The notes beneath the pieces are model-generated. The model was not told where the DNA came from. It ran no database searches and saw only the letters and a list, made by a program, of their open reading frames with translations. Below, one piece after another: positions 49,667 to 58,739 of a DNA stretch of 64,000 bases (position 1 is the stretch's first letter; each line of letters begins with the position of its first letter). The position numbers were made by a program, and so were the translations under genes. The stretch lies in NCBI GenBank assembly GCA_003165195.1, contig PLSP01000042.1:28-64027 (forward strand), written 5' to 3'. The DNA comes from Candidatus Bathyarchaeota archaeon (GTDB lineage: Archaea; Thermoproteota; Bathyarchaeia; Bathyarchaeales; Bathycorpusculaceae).

Positions 49667-50922
49667 TACTGAGTACGTCCATAATGTCGGTTCGGGAACG
49701 CAATTCCAACGCCTGACGATGGCGAGGGTGAGCGTTTTAGTTGCCAAGCGGCTAATGCGAGAGCGATAACGGCGTCGTCATGATAGCCTTCGGGTGCTCC
49801 ATATTGCACGTTGCCGCTTCGGGTAGTCTTGTACCCGTACAGCTTGAGCTCGTTAATCAAAACTGGAATCGGCGGGATTGTGAGCTGGTGGTTCTCGATC
49901 ATTATGCTGAGGTTTTCGATGAGGTCTTTTTTTGTGGCGTTGGTGAATTTGTAGCCGTCAACATGCACCTTTTCTCGACAGAGTTCGTCTTCGATTGGGT
50001 CGCCAACTCCGGTGCTGTCAATTAGCAAACGGGCATCATAGTTCTGGGATAGTTGAACGATGCGTTTTCTTTGAAATACCCAATCCAACTGGTTGAATCT
50101 GTCAAAGGCGCACAAGTGGCCTTCTATATCCAAGACAATTAAAACAGTGAAATCCTCTAGCTTTGCAAGGTCGGCGCCCATGACATATTTCTTATTTTGC
50201 TGAGGAAGCTCAAAGCCGCCTTCAACAATGCGGTCAACTCCTCGAAAGACGCTGCCGACATCCTCTAAGAACTGTGCCAATACTTCTTGACGATACGCCA
50301 ACTCAGGCATATCCCGAGCAAAAGAGGCAATTTCCGCTGGATCCAAGTACGGGTTACTTGCACTTGGAAAGCTCCAACTTTTGTAATCTGTTTGTTTAGA
50401 GTCTTGTCCGCGAGTCCCAAGCTGGAAATACCAGTTATGCCCTCTGGGAGTGCCAGTAAAGAAGGCGATGCCTTTCTCATCCATCAACGCAGGCCTAAGG
50501 GCTAAGGTCCAGGCTTCTTCAGCAATTTGTGCGCCTTCATCAACCCAAAGAACCTTCACACCTTGGCTACGAAGCGAATCGGGGTTGTCAGCACTCTTAA
50601 ACCAAACATGCCTATTTCCCGAAAGTATTACATGGCGGTCCGCACGGTGGATTTCCTCAATCAGCTCACCCGGGCAATAATTGAAGAACTCGCTCCATTG
50701 CCTCTGAGTATGCCAATAAGTTGGTGCAACCGCGAAGCCGACTATGCCTATTTTTTCTTTGCCTTCGCCTTGCTGCCACATTTGCCTTATGAATTCGTTG
50801 GCGCCCGCGACGGTTTTGCCCCAGCGACGTCCACAGTTGAGCACTCGGAACCTAGCGGTACAGTAGTGGAATTGGCATTGTCCTGGATGAGGTTTGTATC
50901 TGATGCGTATTGTTTTTTGCAT
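49666..50922 (-). CDS. terL: Terminase large subunit
   Basis: Walker A GRRWGKT, Walker B WVDE, TGTP, GADLA, HDDAVIALALA. Confidence 0.95.
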   Translation of the reverse strand: MQKTIRIRYKPHPGQCQFHYCTARFRVLNCGRRWGKTVAGANEFIRQMWQQGEGKEKIGIVGFAVAPTYWHTQRQWSEFFNYCPGELIEEIHRADRHVILSGNRHVWFKSADNPDSLRSQGVKVLWVDEGAQIAEEAWTLALRPALMDEKGIAFFTGTPRGHNWYFQLGTRGQDSKQTDYKSWSFPSASNPYLDPAEIASFARDMPELAYRQEVLAQFLEDVGSVFRGVDRIVEGGFELPQQNKKYVMGADLAKLEDFTVLIVLDIEGHLCAFDRFNQLDWVFQRKRIVQLSQNYDARLLIDSTGVGDPIEDELCREKVHVDGYKFTNATKKDLIENLSIMIENHQLTIPPIPVLINELKLYGYKTTRSGNVQYGAPEGYHDDAVIALALAAWQLKRSPSPSSGVGIAFPNRHYGRTQ

Positions 50923-51305
50923 ACTTCGGGATCTTCCCATTTGATGCGAGTTTCTTCAGTTTGATTTTGTTCAGCAGGTTTGGCACCGCTAAGTTGGGCG
51001 GATTCGACGTTTATTTGACGCATAAGATTCAAAGCAGCAATTCTTGCGCGGTCGCTTTTGGCTTGGGTATACATGAAGCTGGCTTTGCGGTAGAGTTGCT
51101 CATGCCGATTCTGCACCTTAAGCAGCTGCTTGGCAAGTTCCTGCAAAATAGGCTGCCACTCGGGCTTAGTGGCAAAATCATTGTAAGCTGTACTCCTAGA
51201 ACAGCCAAATTTCGCCATAAGCTCTTGGACTATTTCATGGGTGTTTAACCCATTTCCTTCGCCCTTTAGCAATTCTAAGCGTCTTTCAAGCGTATGTAGC
51301 TGCAT
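50787..51305 (-). CDS. Terminase small subunit (putative)
   Basis: N-terminal HTH (EIVQELMAKFGCSRSTAYND); directly upstream of terL, overlapping it by 136 nt. Confidence 0.7.
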   Translation of the reverse strand: MQLHTLERRLELLKGEGNGLNTHEIVQELMAKFGCSRSTAYNDFATKPEWQPILQELAKQLLKVQNRHEQLYRKASFMYTQAKSDRARIAALNLMRQINVESAQLSGAKPAEQNQTEETRIKWEDPEVCKKQYASDTNLIQDNANSTTVPLGSECSTVDVAGAKPSRAPTNS

Positions 51306-51312
51306 AAAATCT

Positions 51313-51855
51313 TCACTTTTCCAAGGTTTCTGGAATTTTGCGTCGATATTTTAGAGAGACCGTTAAGCGACATCGGCTATTCGAATGCACCAGTTCCCGA
51401 TTTATTCGAGTATCCCCTTTTCCGTGACTGCCATGACCAACACGTTTGATTATCCAGTTACCCAAGTTTCCCCTTACTAGCTGAGGATTGCTTGTAACCA
51501 GATAAAACGGCAATTTACTCTGAGAGGTGTAGAGCTCAGCCATGAAATTCAGCAGGCGTTTTCCGATTCCTATGCCTTGATAGTCTGGCAAGACCACAAG
51601 ACGACTTACACGATAATAATTTGCCAACATGTGCACGTGTGCAACTGCAATGAAGGCGACAGGTTTTTGCTGATATAGTGCAACGTAGCATTTGACGCCG
51701 GCGCCAAGTTGCCCGTTTAGATAGTGATATTGCCTAAAGACCTGCCACATGGAATTGCTGCATTTATGAACTGAGATGTCAATTGTCGGGTGGCTAACTT
51801 TTTTTTTATAAACTCCATAGTGTCGGTGCAGAACACCCAATCGGGCTCTAACCAA
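51313..51855 (-). CDS. GNAT acetyltransferase (Mom-like), probably expressed as a -1 fusion to the ATPase
   Basis: FRQYHYL, RVSRLVVLPDYQGIGIG acetyl-CoA motif A; overlaps the ATPase 3' end in the -1 frame. Confidence 0.85.
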   Translation of the reverse strand: MVRARLGVLHRHYGVYKKKVSHPTIDISVHKCSNSMWQVFRQYHYLNGQLGAGVKCYVALYQQKPVAFIAVAHVHMLANYYRVSRLVVLPDYQGIGIGKRLLNFMAELYTSQSKLPFYLVTSNPQLVRGNLGNWIIKRVGHGSHGKGDTRINRELVHSNSRCRLTVSLKYRRKIPETLEK

Positions 51856-52400
51856 TCAATAACGTCGTAGTGGCATGTGACTGCTATGAATTTCTTGCTA
51901 GTTCTTCGCACAGCTTTGCTTATTGCGTAGGCGCTGACCTTTGCAATCTCCCGATCTACAACACTTGTGAACTCATCAAAAACAATTAGATCCTGATCTA
52001 AACTGAGCGCCCTTGCAATATCTACCCGCATCTTTTCGCCTTGACTCAGCGCCTCATAGTTTTTGAGCCAATCGGGAGGAGAGGCAAAGCCGACACTGCA
52101 CAGATTTTTTGTTATCTCGTTTACCTGAAGACTTGTTGGGAAATCATCTAAAATCGATTCGTGATTGTATTCAAAGCCTTTGATGTAACTCTCAGGAAAA
52201 AGGGTTTTTGCGATGCTTGTTTTGCCCGTGCCGCTTCGGCCCACAATTATGCCAACTTGCCAGGATTCACTCTCTATTGGCAGCTCGCCGACAAAATGCT
52301 TCTCCATCTTGCAACCATTTAGTGTGAAGCTTCCTATGACTGATTGAGCGCGAAAACTCTCCGGCTTAGTCCAGGTTTTTACAAACTCAAAACGCGGCAT
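51717..52400 (-). CDS. Stand-alone ABC-type ATPase
   Basis: GRSGTGKT, LSQGEKMR, VFDEFTSVVDR, VTCH.D; no TM partner. Confidence 0.9.
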   Translation of the reverse strand: MPRFEFVKTWTKPESFRAQSVIGSFTLNGCKMEKHFVGELPIESESWQVGIIVGRSGTGKTSIAKTLFPESYIKGFEYNHESILDDFPTSLQVNEITKNLCSVGFASPPDWLKNYEALSQGEKMRVDIARALSLDQDLIVFDEFTSVVDREIAKVSAYAISKAVRRTSKKFIAVTCHYDVIDWLEPDWVFCTDTMEFIKKKLATRQLTSQFINAAIPCGRSLGNITI

Positions 52401-52918
52401 TTGTAACCTTCCCCAATTAACTTGTTGTAAACTGCTTCTTGATGGATCTCGTCTTCGCATTCGATTACTACTTCAAAGGATTCGTCGAAGTTGACGCCTT
52501 TTTCTTCTTTGCCCATTGCATCAGTTAATTTGTCGTCGGAGAGCATGAGTAGGTATTTGAGGTCGTCTTCTTTTCCAGCTTCAATAATGCGTTCGTACTC
52601 TGCAAGGTCAAGGTCTTTTTGGTGTTCGCCTTTGAGCTTGTTTAGAACTTGTCTTAGCAGCCGGCGGTCCACATCTTCAACTGGCAAGCGAATGACAGAA
52701 ACTTCAGTCATGCCCAAGGCTTTTGCAGCTGAGTAGCGCTGTTCCCCGTCAGCAATTGAGAGGTCCTTGTTTGTGATTATGGGAACGATAAAACCCCACT
52801 TCTTAATAGAAGTTTTAAGCCTCTCCAGCTGGTCTTTGCTCATTTTGTTTGGGTTTTGTCCGTCAGTTTTTAACTCGCTGACCGCTACGGTTTCAGCGAC
52901 GGGAATGATTATGGACAT
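52379..52918 (-). CDS. ParB/Srx N-terminal domain protein
   Basis: NPNKM..LK.SIKKWGF..PII...IADGEQR..AAKALG. Confidence 0.88.
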   Translation of the reverse strand: MSIIIPVAETVAVSELKTDGQNPNKMSKDQLERLKTSIKKWGFIVPIITNKDLSIADGEQRYSAAKALGMTEVSVIRLPVEDVDRRLLRQVLNKLKGEHQKDLDLAEYERIIEAGKEDDLKYLLMLSDDKLTDAMGKEEKGVNFDESFEVVIECEDEIHQEAVYNKLIGEGYKCRVLSL

Positions 52919-53196
52919 TACTTGATCACAAACCTCTCAAACAAGATGATAACAAGGCTAACTAATCCAACAAGGCTGGTGCTGCCTAAAGTGATCAAAA
53001 TTTTCTGAGTAACCTCAAGCTGCTGCACCTTCGCCACCAGCCCAGATTGAAACTCTTCACCCACTAGGGCATTTTCAATTCGGTTAACTTGGGCGGTATT
53101 GGTGTGGATTGCGGTTATGTAGGGACAAGTCGGGTTCTTTTTAGCATCTGGACAAGTCTCTTCAGGCTGTTCTCTTTCTTCTTCGTTTATTGCCAA
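52918..53196 (-). CDS. Small protein with C-terminal TM (XhlA/holin-like)
   Basis: Coiled segment followed by one C-terminal hydrophobic helix. Confidence 0.5.
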   Translation of the reverse strand: MAINEEEREQPEETCPDAKKNPTCPYITAIHTNTAQVNRIENALVGEEFQSGLVAKVQQLEVTQKILITLGSTSLVGLVSLVIILFERFVIK

Positions 53197-53219
53197 AGCA
53201 TCTCCTTTGTAACAGCTTA

Positions 53220-53483
53220 CTAAAATTCTACTATCTGGAAGGCTCCTTCGCCAATCGGATTACTAAGAACCAAGCCAGGTTCCACGTCGGGCACAGCTTC
53301 AGGAACAGGCTCGCCAAACTTTAACGCTAAATGAACTGCCACATCATCAACAGTATCCAAGCAAACAGACTCTCCTTTGACCCTATCAAAGAAAGCTTGA
53401 TCTCGAATAAACTGACGAGAATCTTTCAACTGGTCCCTAAATTCTTTAGATTTAGGGTTTCTTCTGCCGCGTTTATGTGTCAT
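53220..53483 (-). CDS. Hypothetical viral protein
   Basis: Start moved to MTHKRG; first gene of the late operon. Confidence 0.5.
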   Translation of the reverse strand: MTHKRGRRNPKSKEFRDQLKDSRQFIRDQAFFDRVKGESVCLDTVDDVAVHLALKFGEPVPEAVPDVEPGLVLSNPIGEGAFQIVEF

Positions 53484-53753
53484 ACTAACAAGCCGCACTC
53501 CCAACTTTTGGGTGAAGGGGGCGAAAACCGAAACAAACTTGAGCTTAGCGCTCGCCCAAATATTTTTGCGCAGAAGATATAACATCTGACTTAAAAAACT
53601 ATCGATATGCCGCTAAAAAGAGAGTGAGAACTGTAAATTTTTGCAAAGTCGGTTGGTTTGCCGAATTATCCGATGGGAGTTCCAAGGTTTTTAGCTATAC
53701 AAAAATTTACACACAAATCATTATACTGAATTCTTTCCAATCCTATAATAGGG

Positions 53754-54053
53754 TTGGATATGAGGCGCTCTAAACTTGAAATGTACATCGATATCCTCAA
53801 AGTCTTGGGGCAACGAGGGCCCTCAAAACTAACTCATGTCATGTACAAATCAAACGTTAACTGCAGTGTCCTCAAAGAGTACCTCGAGTTTCTAATAAAA
53901 CAAGGTCTAGTTGAAGAACGCACCGTAGGAAAAGGACGTGTAATTTACTCCGTTACACAGCGGGGCATAACAGTTCTGAAATACTTCAAAGAGCTAAAGC
54001 AGGTCTTGCCCATAGTAGAGGAAGCCAGAGGCCAAACATCAATCCCCAACTAA
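53754..54053 (+). CDS. Archaeal winged-helix regulator (HTH_45-like)
   Basis: RRSKLEMYIDIL...KLTHVMYKSNVN...LKEYL.FLIKQGL...Y.VTQRG. Confidence 0.88.
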   Translation: MDMRRSKLEMYIDILKVLGQRGPSKLTHVMYKSNVNCSVLKEYLEFLIKQGLVEERTVGKGRVIYSVTQRGITVLKYFKELKQVLPIVEEARGQTSIPN

Positions 54054-54098
54054 ACCCAATTGATTTCACAAAAAGATATATTGCCTGGGCTTGCTTCA

Positions 54099-54359
54099 TT
54101 ACGTGTTTTTCTTGTTATCTTGCTCTTTTCTTTCCGAGTTATTTCGTTCGGTCTCTTGTAGCAATATCTGTACGATTTCATTAACCGTCAGGTGACTATA
54201 CAAAGGATGTTCTTCCTTATCCGCAATTTTCGTTAATTCTTTGACATTTGTGTCAAATCCAAGCGTTACATTACCGCATTTGCATGGGTAAAGCACAATT
54301 GTAAGAAAATCGCTTTTTCTCAGGTTTTTTCTGCCACATTTTGGACAAGGAATAGGCAT
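54099..54359 (-). CDS. Zn-ribbon protein
   Basis: CPKC...CKC; start moved to MPIPC. Confidence 0.55.
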   Translation of the reverse strand: MPIPCPKCGRKNLRKSDFLTIVLYPCKCGNVTLGFDTNVKELTKIADKEEHPLYSHLTVNEIVQILLQETERNNSERKEQDNKKNT

Positions 54360-54360
54360 T

Positions 54361-54795
54361 TTATTCACTCCTGAAAAGGTCTTCTCGTTTAACGTTAATT
54401 GCCTCGGCGTCCTTTGGCAAGATTTCACCTGTCAACTCTTCGTAAACGACTTCATCGATTGCTTCCCAACGCTCCTCAAATTTACCCTCGCCGTTTATGC
54501 AAATTTCAGTATAAACGAAATGCAGACAGCTCTTAGTTAATTTTAAGTCCTCAAAAAGAAACTTGCCTAAATCACTGATGCTCTTTATTTCTTGATCTCT
54601 AGTAGGATATTTGTGGTTGCGTGGTCCTACGTCTGGAAGCCATATACTTATTCCATCATATACCGTTTCGGGGTCTATTAAGACATAACAATATTTTTTC
54701 TCTTTCAGGAAATCTTCGATGCGCTCCCAGAGCAAGCTATCATTTTTGTTTAATTTAGGCAATTTTGAAAATGGATGATTAAGGACAACCCTCAT
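54361..54795 (-). CDS. Hypothetical protein
   Basis: 144-aa ORF abutting the next gene. Confidence 0.6.
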   Translation of the reverse strand: MRVVLNHPFSKLPKLNKNDSLLWERIEDFLKEKKYCYVLIDPETVYDGISIWLPDVGPRNHKYPTRDQEIKSISDLGKFLFEDLKLTKSCLHFVYTEICINGEGKFEERWEAIDEVVYEELTGEILPKDAEAINVKREDLFRSE

Positions 54796-54991
54796 TCAAC
54801 TCTTCGCCTATAGCTAAAAACATTCACAATCTAACGATAAATGTTTTACTCCTTCTCTGTTTCGCTCCAAGTTCCAACGTATAACCATTGCCCGAGCACA
54901 AATCTAGTTTTTCTTTAATACTTTGCATTCAAAATAAGCTTATATCTGCCTGAATCCTAACAAAGGTCGGTGGCTAGACACGTCAAGCTTC

Positions 54992-56362
54992 ATGGACATA
55001 ACTTTAGGAGATTCGGTTTCTCTAGCAGAGAAGTTGTATGAGTCATTTGGTATCAAATCCATAATTGGCCTAATAAATAACGAGTGGGTAAACATTGTTA
55101 CTGTTATTCAATTTACTCACAGAAAAGTCAATGATCTGAACAGCGAATATCGCTTCTTAGAGGAAAGATTAGGAAATATCGACTATGATAATTTCAAAGT
55201 AATATTTCAAGCAAGACCAATTCAAGACTTTCGCACAGTGTTAACCGAGTTACAGAACGGTCACCTAAAAATCGGAGAGATACAGACTAAATTATTGTCA
55301 AAAAATCCGCAAGAAATCGCTAATCAAAAAATCGGTTATCCTAGCAACATATTTGCCACCGGCGAATATCTGGAATACAACTGTTCTGCCGCAACCATAA
55401 ACATGGATAAGTATCCAGCACAATTTCTTTATGATCTGAAAATTTCGCCTCAATCACTAGGTTTTCGCGATTTTGACGAATTCGCTAGATCTTGGTTGAA
55501 TCTGGGAAGCTTTAACTCTCCAATAAATCTATCAATATTCTATCCAACATATGCAACAATAAGCGAAGTTCAATACCAAAGCGGCAGTGAAATTAAGGTT
55601 ACCTTAAAAATCGATCAGCACTTCTTTGACGGTTCGCATATTTGGATAACACGAACCTCCAAAGATGATTATGCACCTCTACTGGAAAGAAAAAAGTATG
55701 AATTAGCATCTTGCGAAAATACTTTGCAAGATGGCTTTTTCTACATAACGCTCAGGCATAAATTCGCAGCTCTTAGTTTAAACGACAAAATATCGGTCAA
55801 CCTATCAAACGACAAACGTGAGTTGTTAGCCCGAAAAGAAGACCGCATTCTTCAGTTTCCATCAGAAAGCTGTGATCCTTTTCTGAAAGCTTTTCTACTT
55901 TTTGATGCAGGAAAGAAAATGGAAGAGCATCTTTTGAACCCCAAAGAGGCTGGAGACTTGGTTTTCGGCTTTGCTTGGTTGCTGGAAATGACCGGCATAT
56001 CTGCCCTTCAACTTGGTCGAGATGAAATAGTTAGGGAAGAAAAAGCAGTTAAGGGTTCAGCAGATATAATTGCTTGTTACCACGAAAGCACTGGAAGTAC
56101 CATACTTGCCATAGACTGCACCATCGGTGTACCTGACGGAAACAAAATTGACAAAATCAAGAATACCGCAGATTATCTTTCCCGAAAGACAGGTAGCCCC
56201 GTTAAAGCGGTGATTGTTACCTCCGAAAAATCAAGCATAACTAAAGAAATAGGGCAAAAGAACGCTGTAAAAATAATAGACTACATCGACATTGAGAAGA
56301 TAATAGGTTTCTACAAAAAACATCATTATCCACCGGCAAGACAACTGATAGTTGGCGACTAA
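54992..56362 (+). CDS. Moron with C-terminal PD-(D/E)xK-like (Mrr-type) nuclease domain
   Basis: SADIIA...LAIDCT...AVIVTS restriction-fold pattern; AT-rich; opposite strand. Confidence 0.6.
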   Translation: MDITLGDSVSLAEKLYESFGIKSIIGLINNEWVNIVTVIQFTHRKVNDLNSEYRFLEERLGNIDYDNFKVIFQARPIQDFRTVLTELQNGHLKIGEIQTKLLSKNPQEIANQKIGYPSNIFATGEYLEYNCSAATINMDKYPAQFLYDLKISPQSLGFRDFDEFARSWLNLGSFNSPINLSIFYPTYATISEVQYQSGSEIKVTLKIDQHFFDGSHIWITRTSKDDYAPLLERKKYELASCENTLQDGFFYITLRHKFAALSLNDKISVNLSNDKRELLARKEDRILQFPSESCDPFLKAFLLFDAGKKMEEHLLNPKEAGDLVFGFAWLLEMTGISALQLGRDEIVREEKAVKGSADIIACYHESTGSTILAIDCTIGVPDGNKIDKIKNTADYLSRKTGSPVKAVIVTSEKSSITKEIGQKNAVKIIDYIDIEKIIGFYKKHHYPPARQLIVGD

Positions 56363-56384
56363 AAGACGGCAGGAAAAAACTGTA

Positions 56385-56864
56385 CTAAAAAGTTATAGCC
56401 TTATGATCATTTTGCTCTTTTTCAGTTTTACCCCAAATATCCATAGCGAAACTAGTTAACACCCAATGCCACCCACGATGCTCGGCTATATTTTCGCCAA
56501 ACTCTCTCTTTACCCGTTTGTTCATTCGCAAGATTCTGCGACTCACCTGATGCCGCCTTACTTTGAATCGCTCAAGCTTGGTGACTAAGTCTTTGGGCAG
56601 CAGACCGAGACTGCCAGCTTCAAACAGCAACTGCAGAATCTCCATATCCACTTCGTCTTCACAGGCAAAACGCTCGATTAGCGTTTGCTCAAAATTAAAA
56701 GACCCTTTTAAACCTGCAAAGATAGTGCGCAGCATAAGTTTGACCTCTTCAACCTCCGCCAAGGTTTGCTTGAGGAGTTGTTGGTTATACTTCAAACGAC
56801 CAATTTTATCGTTTCGGCTACGCTTCTTTTTCTGATTTTGAACATGTATTTCAGGGGTTACCAT
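56385..56864 (-). CDS. Coiled-coil plus winged-helix viral protein
   Basis: VDMEILQLL...GLLPKDL...VRRHQVSRRILRMN..WVLT. Confidence 0.65.
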   Translation of the reverse strand: MVTPEIHVQNQKKKRSRNDKIGRLKYNQQLLKQTLAEVEEVKLMLRTIFAGLKGSFNFEQTLIERFACEDEVDMEILQLLFEAGSLGLLPKDLVTKLERFKVRRHQVSRRILRMNKRVKREFGENIAEHRGWHWVLTSFAMDIWGKTEKEQNDHKAITF

Positions 56865-57050
56865 GTCAGAATGCACACTCCAAGAATTTCGCTCCATCAA
56901 CCCCGGGCAAATTTAACAATGGGTAATCAGGACTAATCACTGACAGAAAAGTGACTCCTGAAAAGCATGGACTTTTCCCATGCCCTAAGCATACTGCTGA
57001 AAGGGCTTTTGAACAGGTTTTCACTGCCATTACCACAGAAATAACCGACG

Positions 57051-58001
57051 TCAAACGGTGTACTCCCCAAGTTTTCTTTGTCCTTCAGCCAGCTTTTGCG
57101 GGTCAGCCTCAATGTTATCTACTTGTCCAAGGGCTTCGATTAGCCGCTCAAATTTAATCTCAAGCCGATCCACTTTCTTGTCGATACGCTTGACTTTCTC
57201 TGGCATCTGCATGTAATCAATCGCAGCGTCCTTGCCGATATTCTCAAGTTCGCCCTCGCCCCAACTGTGATCAATCTTGCGACGTCCTGCTCTTACGCTA
57301 AAGTATCTGCCGAACAGTTTTGCGATGGGATCCTCAACTGCCATTTCGCCGCCGACAAACGCTCCTTCAGCTAAGATAACTCCGTATTTCTTTGCCAAAG
57401 CCACGGCAATGCGATTACTCAGGTTCATGGCTAAACCGTAAACTTCCGCAGGATTCTTGCCCCGAATCACAGGCACGTGGACAATCCAACTTTTTGTAGT
57501 ATGCCTAATCTTGACACCTTGTTCCAAACCCAAAAGAGCAGTCCAATTCTGCATCTCCACTGCCTTGAACTTCCCATCAGGATAATGTCCCTCTGCCAGA
57601 ATCTTAAACGCTACCTGGCACTTATCCAACCTATGCAACTCGCCAGGAAAAACTCTACCCTCACATGACTTGAGAAGATTTGAGCCTTCAGTTGTAAGAG
57701 CATAAAAAGTTGCACTGCTACGCTTCTCCTGATAGATTAGGCCAGCTTTTTCTAACTTGCCGATATAGTACCATACGTGGGAACGGCTTAAACCCAAGAT
57801 TCTGCCAGCTTGCGTAGGGTAATCACCCGCATAAATGCGCTTCATCAAAGGAAGAACCCATGTGCGGACTTTATCACTATCAAACTGCACGCAACCTGTA
57901 GCTTGATGTCTAGTTGTACTTTGAGCATTTTCAGCACCGACTTTTGTACTTTGATCTTCAGCCAAAAAATCAAGCCTCCACCCAGTTGGATAAGGCATCA
58001 T
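57051..58001 (-). CDS. N-terminal winged-helix protein (candidate replication initiator or regulator)
   Basis: PTQAGRILGLSRSHVWYYIGKLEKAGLI...YALT.EG; unknown C-terminal domain and coiled coil. Confidence 0.7.
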   Translation of the reverse strand: MMPYPTGWRLDFLAEDQSTKVGAENAQSTTRHQATGCVQFDSDKVRTWVLPLMKRIYAGDYPTQAGRILGLSRSHVWYYIGKLEKAGLIYQEKRSSATFYALTTEGSNLLKSCEGRVFPGELHRLDKCQVAFKILAEGHYPDGKFKAVEMQNWTALLGLEQGVKIRHTTKSWIVHVPVIRGKNPAEVYGLAMNLSNRIAVALAKKYGVILAEGAFVGGEMAVEDPIAKLFGRYFSVRAGRRKIDHSWGEGELENIGKDAAIDYMQMPEKVKRIDKKVDRLEIKFERLIEALGQVDNIEADPQKLAEGQRKLGEYTV

Positions 58002-58215
58002 TTATTTTCGCTTTCATTTCTTCCTCGAAAGCATCAATAGAAAACGTTAGGTCGTCTAACGCAATGCAAAGTTTCCTATTTTCTTCCCAAAGCAGTCGGT
58101 TTTCTTTTTCCAGAACCGCGATTCTTTCTTCATACGTTAGTAGGACGCGCTGAACTTCCTGTAAAACATCAGATTTAATTCTCTCTCTTATCGAATTATC
58201 GCCGTTTTGAATCAT
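57970..58215 (-). CDS. Small coiled-coil protein
   Basis: ERIAVLEKENRLLWEENRKL heptad pattern. Confidence 0.6.
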   Translation of the reverse strand: MIQNGDNSIRERIKSDVLQEVQRVLLTYEERIAVLEKENRLLWEENRKLCIALDDLTFSIDAFEEEMKAKINDALSNWVEA

Positions 58216-58217
58216 TA

Positions 58218-58481
58218 TTAGCTGACTCCAAAACGCCTACGCTCAAGAGCTCCGCGTCCAGGACAAGAGCCGCCGCCATGCGTACAATTTCGATTTGCAA
58301 AACTATACTTCTTACCTGAAATGTCGGTTCCGTCAGCAAGCTGCAATCTGGCAAACTTGCAGAAAAACAAGTCTTTAGAACAAGTATCCATAACAGCACA
58401 GTCTTTCGACTGAGGATTACTTATGCAGGGATAATATCCAAGAAGGCATGGAGGCTTGAATGAATCGGCTTCTAAGCTCAT
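58218..58481 (-). CDS. Cys-rich small viral protein
   Basis: Seven Cys; start moved to MSLEADS, which overlaps the upstream stop. Confidence 0.5.
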   Translation of the reverse strand: MSLEADSFKPPCLLGYYPCISNPQSKDCAVMDTCSKDLFFCKFARLQLADGTDISGKKYSFANRNCTHGGGSCPGRGALERRRFGVS

Positions 58482-58603
58482 CAATGGCTGCCTCCTCTGG
58501 GCTGAAACTTGGAGCATGCATTGCTTGAAGCTATCTGATTAATTGACTTCTTACCCTTCAAGGTCGGCTCAGAGCAACGACCGCACCAAAAAGTGCAGTC
58601 CAT
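58481..58603 (-). CDS. Small Cys-rich (Zn-binding) peptide
   Basis: (C)MDCTFWCGRC...AC.KFQP; start uncertain. Confidence 0.4.
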   Translation of the reverse strand: MDCTFWCGRCSEPTLKGKKSINQIASSNACSKFQPRGGSH

Positions 58604-58699
58604 ACACTGAGACGCTTTGCTAGAATAATTACTCGAAATCTTAGAGCATGCGCTGAGTACAAAATTAACAAAAAAAGAAAGAGGAGAATTTGGAGGATT

Positions 58700-58720
58700 C
58701 GGTATAAATGTAGTTGTACA
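58700..58720 (+). repeat. Inner right arm CGGTATAAATGTAGTTGTACA
   Basis: Inverted repeat of 18670-18690 (20 of 21 nt); abuts the right core. Confidence 0.85.
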
Positions 58721-58739
58721 AAGGCGGGTCCGACGGGAA
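58721..58739 (+). repeat. Right att core AAGGCGGGTCCGACGGGAA
   Basis: Identical to 18644-18662. Confidence 0.92.

Larger units (their letters stand above)
18644..58739 (-). mobile_element. Integrated head-tail (Caudoviricetes, siphovirus-like) archaeal provirus, ~40.1 kb
   Basis: Identical 19-bp terminal direct repeats; integrase at the left end; TerS, TerL, portal, protease, MCP, tail tube, chaperone, tape measure and tail protein in canonical order. Confidence 0.93.
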
